From a virus (taxonomy: Duplodnaviria > Heunggongvirae > Uroviricota > Caudoviricetes), in IMG/VR virus record IMGVR_UViG_3300001687_000947: 27,505 nucleotides of DNA; one strand, written 5' to 3'. The notes beneath the pieces were generated by a model, which saw nothing but the letters and a program-made list of their open reading frames with translations, had not been told where the DNA came from and did no database searches. Positions 15,128 to 22,719 of the stretch are shown here, in pieces (the first letter of the stretch is position 1; every line of letters starts with the position of its first letter). A program made the position numbers and the translations under genes.

Positions 15128-18100
15128 TGGTACAGTATGAATATGAGAAGGGTTATGCTCAAATAAGACATGGTGGAAACTATTATTATCCAACTGAAGG
15201 TGAGTTAACTAATAGGTTAAGTGAAGGATGGTCTCATGCTCAATTCAGATTTATTGAGGATGATATGGATCTTGTTGAGGGTGATCTTGCTACTATAGAT
15301 TTTGTTAGACCTGGTTACCAATATGCTTTGTTTAAGGGTGAAGTAACTGAAATAAGTAATATTACTGAAGGTAAGGAAAGATACTTTGAAGTAATGTTTG
15401 ATGGTGAAGGAAGAAAACTTGATTGGCGTATAGCTCAACTTCCAAGCTCTACTATGGCTGAACATGAATATATTGCTACAATTATGAGTTATGTTAGTGG
15501 TTTAATAGGATATTCTACAACTGATTCATTAACTAATCCTGTATCTCCAAGTAGAGGTGGATCAGGTAGAAGAATGGTATGGGAAGCTCTTACACAGTTC
15601 TGTAAAGATAAAACTATAGATTTTATGATAGATGATATGAAGGGAACAGTATACTTTTTCCATTCACCTATTGGCACTATTAGTGGATCATTTGATCCAA
15701 TATTAGTAAGGGATAGAACTGATAGCATAAAGAAACTTAAAACAAGAATAACATTGTATAATGAGTCAAATCTTGTTAATGAGCATTATGATTGGTGGAG
15801 TGAATCAACATTATATATTAAATGTTTCACAGCAGATACTCCAGCTGGTCCAATAGATCAGGATGGTACAGTTATGTTACTTACTGATCTTGATAATAGA
15901 CCTGATTACTGTAGAGACTATAGTGTTGTGGCTAGAGGAACAACAGATAATAACTTTCAGGTATGGGTTGGTATTACTCCAGATAGTATTATTCCAGCAG
16001 TTAGAACATTTAATTATAGTTATATTCCAGTTATGAGCAAACACTATAAGATAGGTATAGGAGATCAAGATAAGATGTACTTTAATGTATATCTTAGTTC
16101 AAGCGTATGCCCAGATGGTAGTTTGCCAGTTGATAATTATCTTAAAGCTAAACGTGGACCAATAACATGCTTAAGTGCTGGACCACATGATAAGTTAAGC
16201 AGTATAACTACTGGTGGATGGAAAACTGAACATCTTAATATATATGAGGACTTTGAAACTGTTGGAACTTGGAGTGGAAGTATTGCTCAAGCTATAATAC
16301 AGCTTACAAGTACTTTCTATACTTACTTTGGTGGAAGTGATGAATTTTATGTTCAGCCAGTTAAACAAGCTGGAATATTCATTGATGGAATATACTTTGA
16401 GAATGTTATATCTTACACTTATTCTGTAGCTGGATCAGAATCTTCATATGATATAAGGGAATATTTGCCTTCAGATGAGTTATATACTGGTAACCTTGAA
16501 ACTGGAAGTATTACAGCTAAAAGTAGACTAGGTGACTTATGGAAACCAGAGGAAGCTTTAAGGGATGTTGTTATAGAAGGTACACAATCTGCTACTGTTG
16601 GATATGAAGCCACATTCAATTCAGGTGGAACAGCTGAAACTTATCTTATTCAAGAGGTAACACATGAGTTTGATGGTGATGATTGGAGAACTAGGTTAAT
16701 ATGTAGTTCATCTAAAGCTCACCATGAGTCAAGTGATAGAGCAATAAAGATAAGAAATCTGGGTTATGCTGTTAGACAACTTGAGCATTTTGCTAATGAC
16801 GTAGCTGGTGATACTGATATTCTACGTAAACAAATGACTGCTGTTGCTTTTGCTCCAGTATTTCCACAGCCAAGTGATATTTTAGGTGGAACAATTAAAG
16901 CTGAAGATTTAATATTTAATGGAACAATAGTTTCTATAGGTAACATTGGAACAATAGGTACTATAGATAACTTTAGTGTTGGAAGTATAACAAGTATTGG
17001 TACTATTGGAAATATTGGTTATATGGAAAACTTAAGCGTTGGATCAATAGAAGTTATTGGTACAGCTGATATTTCATATGCTATTATAGATGATATTAAT
17101 GTTATAGGGATAGCAACTATAGGTATAGCTAATGTTGATAATATTGGTACAATAAATACTTTATCAGCTGGGATACTAGTTGCTGGTGATGTTACTGTAA
17201 CAGAAATAAGTAATGTTGAAATAATGAGTATTGCATCAGCTACAATAAACACTTTAAATCTTACATCACAAATTGTTGGTAATCAAGTTGTTGTATCAAA
17301 TAATATTGCTGATTTAGCTATTACAGCTGGTAAGATTGGTAATAATGCTGTTGTTGCTGAAAACCTGTATATTTCTTATCCAGAAGATAATATGATTCAT
17401 AATTACAGTTTTGAAATAGATAGTAATAATGATAATCTTCCTGATGAACTTACTATAAGTTTCTCATATGGATCATTAGCTACGTGGGGATTAAGTTCAG
17501 AAGCCTTCTCTGGATCTCAAGGTGTTGCAGTTACTTTTCCAACAAATGGTGAATACTTATACTTGGATACATCTTATAGTATTCCAGTATGTGAATATGA
17601 GCAATTCTTTGCTAAAGTTTATGCTAAGGCTAATGTGACAACCAGTTGTGCAGCAGTTGGAATGAAATGTTATGATGCTGGTGGAACCTTAGTTGGTGGA
17701 TTATTTTCTAACAAGTTTAATCTTACTACTTCATGGCAAGCTTTCCAGATGAGACATACTGTTGATGCTGCAACTAGATATATTGTTCCTTCTTTATACA
17801 TATATAATCCAACTGTGTATCCATGTACAGTATACTTTGATGATTTTATATGTAGAAGAGTTATAATGTCAGGTTTACAGATAGCTAAAGATGTTACTAT
17901 TGATGTTTCAGGTGCAACCATAACTAATATGCAGATAGCTGGTATAATTCAAGGTGCAAACATGGACTTTACTAATGCTACTATTGATAATCTTAATATG
18001 GCTGGTGGATCAATAACTAATGTTAGTTTTGGAAGTATAAACAATTTAGCTATTACAGGATGTACAATTGATTCTGTTACTATAGGAGCAATAACTGGTG

Positions 18101-18870
18101 ACAATATTATATTGGCTAGTCATATTGATAATGGAGCAATAACTGCTGGTAAAATAGCTTCTGGAGCAGTTGAAAGTGATAAAATTACGGCTAATTGGAT
18201 TACAGGTAAAAGCTTTAGAACAGCTGATAGTGGCTCTAGAATAGAGTTTAATGCTCAAGGTATAAGAGGCTATAGTATTGAAACTACAATGTTTAGCATT
18301 TCAGCTTTAGATGGTAAAATGTACTGCGGTAACGGTAGTGTAGTACTTAGTAATTTAGGTATAGGGCTTAATGGTATATCATTATTCTTGTTTGATTCAG
18401 TACCTAATCCTAAAGGAGCCCTTAATGCTAATTCATCTTTTGTTAATCTTGATTCTAGTGTTTCTATATATATTAGAGCAAATAGTTTAATAGCTTTTAA
18501 TACTAATTCTAAAACAGTACAATTAGAACAATGTAATCTTGTTCCCCAATATGCTAATCAAAGCTCCGTTGGAACAGCAAGTAAATATTTTATGGATGGA
18601 TATTTCAATACTATACATTATCTAGCTGCTGATTCTGGATTTGATGATTATGATGATCTTGAAATGGCTAGATATTTAACATATAAAGATAAGAATAATA
18701 AATCTAAAATAGATTTAAAATCACTAAGTTTCCTAATGGATGACAATGATTTTATTAGTGCTAATAAAATGAACAATTTTCTTTTGGGATGTGCTAAACA
18801 AACAGCTGAAAAACTTGAAGCTATAGATAAGAGACTTAAACAACTTGAAGATGAAAAGGTGAATAAGTAA
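15127..18870 (+). CDS. Baseplate hub / central tail spike with a beta-helical segment, a CBM-like domain and a C-terminal coiled coil
   Basis: Hub-like N-terminus (LFKGEVTEI); I-G-x-I-x-x repeats at about 16921-17260; ITAGKI repeats; CBM4/9-like domain NMIHNYSFE...VYFDDF at 17389-17862; C-terminal LLGCAKQTAEKLEAIDKRLKQLE. Confidence 0.7.
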   Translation: MVQYEYEKGYAQIRHGGNYYYPTEGELTNRLSEGWSHAQFRFIEDDMDLVEGDLATIDFVRPGYQYALFKGEVTEISNITEGKERYFEVMFDGEGRKLDWRIAQLPSSTMAEHEYIATIMSYVSGLIGYSTTDSLTNPVSPSRGGSGRRMVWEALTQFCKDKTIDFMIDDMKGTVYFFHSPIGTISGSFDPILVRDRTDSIKKLKTRITLYNESNLVNEHYDWWSESTLYIKCFTADTPAGPIDQDGTVMLLTDLDNRPDYCRDYSVVARGTTDNNFQVWVGITPDSIIPAVRTFNYSYIPVMSKHYKIGIGDQDKMYFNVYLSSSVCPDGSLPVDNYLKAKRGPITCLSAGPHDKLSSITTGGWKTEHLNIYEDFETVGTWSGSIAQAIIQLTSTFYTYFGGSDEFYVQPVKQAGIFIDGIYFENVISYTYSVAGSESSYDIREYLPSDELYTGNLETGSITAKSRLGDLWKPEEALRDVVIEGTQSATVGYEATFNSGGTAETYLIQEVTHEFDGDDWRTRLICSSSKAHHESSDRAIKIRNLGYAVRQLEHFANDVAGDTDILRKQMTAVAFAPVFPQPSDILGGTIKAEDLIFNGTIVSIGNIGTIGTIDNFSVGSITSIGTIGNIGYMENLSVGSIEVIGTADISYAIIDDINVIGIATIGIANVDNIGTINTLSAGILVAGDVTVTEISNVEIMSIASATINTLNLTSQIVGNQVVVSNNIADLAITAGKIGNNAVVAENLYISYPEDNMIHNYSFEIDSNNDNLPDELTISFSYGSLATWGLSSEAFSGSQGVAVTFPTNGEYLYLDTSYSIPVCEYEQFFAKVYAKANVTTSCAAVGMKCYDAGGTLVGGLFSNKFNLTTSWQAFQMRHTVDAATRYIVPSLYIYNPTVYPCTVYFDDFICRRVIMSGLQIAKDVTIDVSGATITNMQIAGIIQGANMDFTNATIDNLNMAGGSITNVSFGSINNLAITGCTIDSVTIGAITGDNIILASHIDNGAITAGKIASGAVESDKITANWITGKSFRTADSGSRIEFNAQGIRGYSIETTMFSISALDGKMYCGNGSVVLSNLGIGLNGISLFLFDSVPNPKGALNANSSFVNLDSSVSIYIRANSLIAFNTNSKTVQLEQCNLVPQYANQSSVGTASKYFMDGYFNTIHYLAADSGFDDYDDLEMARYLTYKDKNNKSKIDLKSLSFLMDDNDFISANKMNNFLLGCAKQTAEKLEAIDKRLKQLEDEKVNK

Positions 18871-19262
18871 TGGGTGGATACTTTAATACTGTACATTTTA
18901 ATAGTATAGTTGTTGGAACAATAAGTGGTGGAGAACCACCTGGTGGAGCAAGTAGTTTATCTGATTTAGCTATTGATGTTACTAAAGACTGGGGAACATT
19001 TGGTATAAATAATATGGGTTCACTAGCCTTTGCTTCTGGAGCAACAATATATTCTGTTGGTGAAACTTTAGTTACTACAGGAACAATTAAACCTGCTGGT
19101 TATATGACTAATGCAGGATCTATTGGTATAGCTGTAACTATACCAGTTAATAGTGGTGGAATAGAGAACATTTATGTTCTTGATGGAATAATTGTTGGTT
19201 ATAACACAGTATCAGTTGAAGCAACAGTATTTCCATATACTTTTCCATTCATACTAGGATAA
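18870..19262 (+). CDS. Small tail fibre / tail-tip protein
   Basis: 130 aa, G/S/T-rich, with the fibre-type motif IYVLDGIIVG and ending FPYTFPFILG; TAATG-coupled to the hub gene. Confidence 0.5.
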   Translation: MGGYFNTVHFNSIVVGTISGGEPPGGASSLSDLAIDVTKDWGTFGINNMGSLAFASGATIYSVGETLVTTGTIKPAGYMTNAGSIGIAVTIPVNSGGIENIYVLDGIIVGYNTVSVEATVFPYTFPFILG

Positions 19263-19311
19263 TTAATATATAGGATATGAAATATAAATAATAGGAGAGA
19301 GTGATATAAAT

Positions 19312-19761
19312 ATGCCAATTACACATCAAAATGTTGAGCCAGCTAATGGAACTTTAGATGCTGATGAATATAATGCTACACATGATATTAGTGGAGCAAG
19401 TATAATTACTTCAATATGTTTTGCTTATGCTGGGACATTAGTGCCAGGTAACACTATAGCTCCAATAATTATTGTACCAACAAGTTTAGATATAGTTAAT
19501 GTTTATGCTGTTGTTAAAACACCTTGTACAAGTGGTGCTATATCTGTTGATGTTAATAAGAATGGAATAACTGTATATAGTACTCAAAGTAATAGACCAA
19601 TCATTAACGCTAATTCATACTCTGTGTTAGCAACTATTCCAGATATTACAGTATTGAATCTTGGTGATACTTTAACTATAGATATTGATACTGTTGGTAA
19701 TACTATTGGAACTGATCTTACTGTTATAGTTAGATGTAGACAGGAATTATATATAGTATAG
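19312..19761 (+). CDS. Small beta-sandwich tail-associated protein
   Basis: 149 aa. The pattern VKTP...ISVDVNKNG...LNLGDTLTIDIDTVG...GTDLTV resembles a module common in phage tail genes (recalled, not searched). Confidence 0.5.
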   Translation: MPITHQNVEPANGTLDADEYNATHDISGASIITSICFAYAGTLVPGNTIAPIIIVPTSLDIVNVYAVVKTPCTSGAISVDVNKNGITVYSTQSNRPIINANSYSVLATIPDITVLNLGDTLTIDIDTVGNTIGTDLTVIVRCRQELYIV

Positions 19762-19773
19762 TGAGATGATATA

Positions 19774-22305
19774 ATGACATCTATTACAACTGATGGAACC
19801 GTGTTAATGGTTGGTGGAGACCCATTTTATATTCAGGGTATGCAAGAGAATATGAATCCAAATATTTGTTTAAATGGTCCAACTGATTATTGGAATCTTG
19901 AGCATTTTCAAGATCTTAAAGAGCATGGTTGTAATTTTGTTGAAACTAATAATATACCTTGGAGCTATTATATTAAAAGTGATGGTTATCCAAATACTGC
20001 TCAGACAGAGAAAGTACTAGATGTTTTTGCTGATTGGGCTCAGCAAGAACATGTTTATTATTTATTTACTATGGTTGGATTTAATGGTCCATCATGGAAA
20101 ATACCTTCATGGTGGAATGCTGGTAGAACAAGTGATGAGTTTGAAGTTGATATGTATAACTTAGCTGAAACTGATCTTAATTCAGCAAGAGCATCTGTTT
20201 ATAGATTCTGGGATTTTATAGCTGATAGATATAAAAATAATTCATATGTTTTACTTAACTTCTTTAATGAACCATTTTATGGTAATGATATTGCAAGATA
20301 TGGTGGACAAGCTAGTTTACATACACAAAGATATGTTGATATGGTTGAGAAAATTTATGATACTGTTAGGGCAGCTGGGTTCAATAATTTAATTTTTGTT
20401 GATTTTCCAGGAACTTATTATCATACTTCAGCTAGGATAGATGTTGATAGGGACGTATGTTATGAAGGTCACTTGTATCTTATTCCATTTACTTGGATTA
20501 ATACTATGAGTACATGGAAAATAGAAATAGACCGTTTTGAAGATATATTCTGTACTGATTTTGGTAAACCATGTTTTATTGGTGAATATGGATTCATAGG
20601 CACTTTACGTTGGGATAGTGATGGTGATGGTACTCTAGATAGTACTGATTATACTCAGATAAATGCTGATTTCTATCTTAGACAAAATCCAATCTGGGAA
20701 AGTGTACTTGCTGAGGAAGTTGATTATATTGAGAATTCAACTAATTTATGTGGTCACAGTTGGCATTGTCATGGATGGTTATATGGTGGATGGTATCATT
20801 ATTATTGGGGACAAAGGGGAGCAGATGTTTTTGATGCTAATGAAAGTGAATGGTTAATGAATTTGGTGTTAAGTGGAACAATTCCTGATACTGTTCCACC
20901 TACTCCACCTAGTACATTGATATTTACTGATGGAGAAGAAGGTTCTTCACAGGAAACATATGGTGATTTTAGTGCTTGGGATGGTACTGTTGTTGTAGGT
21001 AGTGAATCTATGTTGATTTCAACTGAGTATCCTCATCATGGATCATTATCTTTTAAGTCCGTTACTCAAGGTAGTCAAGGATATTATGGTTTAGCTTATA
21101 GGCTTGGTTACGTTTCTGAAAGTACTCTTAATCTTGAGATACAAAATGCTAGGTTTAATGGTACTCCTGATGTTGTAAGTACAGGCTATACTTGGATGGG
21201 AGTATCTGGCATTGATGGTGTTAATAAAACTAATGCTAGAGCTGGAATATATAATGATAATGGAACATTAGAATGGTTTATTAGAGCTAGACATGATGGT
21301 GGTTTTACTAATGTTCATACTATAGTAGCTACTACACCTCAGATTAATACTAATTATAGTATGGAACTTGAGTGCATTAAAAATGGAACATTAACTCTTT
21401 ATGTTAATGGAACAGCAGAATGTCAACTTGCAGGATGGAATACTGATAGAGCATTTAACTATACATTCATAGGATTCTGCTTTAATGAGGGAACAAGTTC
21501 ACCAGCTACATTCTGGTGTGACTGTGTTAGAATGACCCCTTCAACAGTTGATGGTGGAACTGTTCCTCCAGATACAGTTGATTTCTTATTTGCAGATGGA
21601 ACAGTTGGTTCAACTCAGGAAACAGCTGTTAATTTTAGTGCTTGGGATGGCACATTCTGTAGTTCAGGTAATACTGCTGCTATTACAACAATGAATCCTC
21701 ATCATGGTTCACTTTCATTTACTTTCTATGTTGATGAAGATCCAACAGAATGGTGTATGGCTTACCATGAGTTATCTGATACTATTAATACTTTAGATAT
21801 TAGAGCAATGAACTTTAGAACAACTCAGGGTCCAGGTTCAGTTGGTGCTAGATACCAGTTTATGGGATTCAGTAGAAGTGGATCACTTACTTATCAGTTT
21901 ACTCAAGCTAATATTGTTAATGATGATGGAACATTCAGATGGGGATTAACTTATTGGAGTGATGGATCACTTAATTATTATGAGCCAGTAATATCTAATA
22001 CTGTTGCTGTTGATACTGATTATACTGTTGAAATACAATGTATACGTGGTGATGGTACTAATGGAACAACTAGATTATATATTGATGGAACAATGGAACT
22101 TGAGGTTACTGGTGTAAGTGTTGGAAGTGAATGGGCTAGATATGCTTATATTGGTAACAGAAATAGTGGATGGGTAATTAATAAAACTACATTGAACTTT
22201 GATTGTGTTGGAATATCAACATTATATATAGGTGTTGAAGGTGAAGGAACGGCTCCACCTTCAATATCACCTGTTAGACAAGGAATTTATACTCAGATAA
22301 TATAG
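19774..22305 (+). CDS. Glycoside hydrolase (clan GH-A, GH5/cellulase-like) with two tandem lectin/LamG-like domains
   Basis: Acid/base motif FFNEP (E166, about 20269), H-x-Y motif EGHLY, nucleophile motif FIGEYG (E271, 20584), Pro/Thr linker PDTVPPTPPST; no signal peptide. Confidence 0.8.
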   Translation: MTSITTDGTVLMVGGDPFYIQGMQENMNPNICLNGPTDYWNLEHFQDLKEHGCNFVETNNIPWSYYIKSDGYPNTAQTEKVLDVFADWAQQEHVYYLFTMVGFNGPSWKIPSWWNAGRTSDEFEVDMYNLAETDLNSARASVYRFWDFIADRYKNNSYVLLNFFNEPFYGNDIARYGGQASLHTQRYVDMVEKIYDTVRAAGFNNLIFVDFPGTYYHTSARIDVDRDVCYEGHLYLIPFTWINTMSTWKIEIDRFEDIFCTDFGKPCFIGEYGFIGTLRWDSDGDGTLDSTDYTQINADFYLRQNPIWESVLAEEVDYIENSTNLCGHSWHCHGWLYGGWYHYYWGQRGADVFDANESEWLMNLVLSGTIPDTVPPTPPSTLIFTDGEEGSSQETYGDFSAWDGTVVVGSESMLISTEYPHHGSLSFKSVTQGSQGYYGLAYRLGYVSESTLNLEIQNARFNGTPDVVSTGYTWMGVSGIDGVNKTNARAGIYNDNGTLEWFIRARHDGGFTNVHTIVATTPQINTNYSMELECIKNGTLTLYVNGTAECQLAGWNTDRAFNYTFIGFCFNEGTSSPATFWCDCVRMTPSTVDGGTVPPDTVDFLFADGTVGSTQETAVNFSAWDGTFCSSGNTAAITTMNPHHGSLSFTFYVDEDPTEWCMAYHELSDTINTLDIRAMNFRTTQGPGSVGARYQFMGFSRSGSLTYQFTQANIVNDDGTFRWGLTYWSDGSLNYYEPVISNTVAVDTDYTVEIQCIRGDGTNGTTRLYIDGTMELEVTGVSVGSEWARYAYIGNRNSGWVINKTTLNFDCVGISTLYIGVEGEGTAPPSISPVRQGIYTQII
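20917..22230 (+). repeat. Tandem duplication of a roughly 220-aa beta-sandwich domain (666-nt offset)
   Basis: F-x-DG-x-x-GS-x-QET...FSAWDGT...PHHGSLSF occurs twice; the 18-nt TTTTAGTGCTTGGGATGG is identical at about 20967 and 21633. Confidence 0.85.
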
Positions 22306-22317
22306 GAGTGAACAATA

Positions 22318-22659
22318 GTGAGTTTTCCCTATAAGTTTCCTGTACCACTTGGAGGTGATATGATGGTAAATGTTATATTTGATGGAACAGTAAATGAAGC
22401 AGATGATGTTACTCCAATAGAATTACTTAATGGTATTATTCTTATAACTAGACCTGATAATAGTATAGTAACAACATTAGAAGTAACAACTTTATCTGAT
22501 GGAAGCTTTGTTGAAAATACAGAGTTATCTGACGGAGTTTATTCTGCTGTGGCAACCTTTAGTAAAGAAGGATATATAGATGGTATAGCTAAAGTTGATT
22601 TTACTGTTAAGCCTGAACTTAAGAAAATGGTGGTAACTCTTAATGTGTCTATGGAATAG
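22318..22659 (+). CDS. Small Ig-like beta-sandwich protein
   Basis: 113 aa from GTG 22318 (GGAGTGA SD), or 99 aa from ATG 22360 (GGAGGTGA SD); TTLSDGSF...DGVYSAVATF..GY is typical of Ig-like/CarboxypepD_reg-like folds. Confidence 0.5.
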   Translation: MSFPYKFPVPLGGDMMVNVIFDGTVNEADDVTPIELLNGIILITRPDNSIVTTLEVTTLSDGSFVENTELSDGVYSAVATFSKEGYIDGIAKVDFTVKPELKKMVVTLNVSME

Positions 22660-22719
22660 ACTATTAAAGTTATTATCTATTAAGAAGAAAACTATGATTG
22701 TAAAGTTAAAAGTGAAAAC

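Noticed and set aside
18592-22230. Diversity-generating retroelement (template/variable repeat pairs)
   Set aside because: There is no reverse transcriptase in the window. The 30-nt pair has C/T mismatches at synonymous sites rather than adenine-only changes, and the 666-nt duplication is too divergent.
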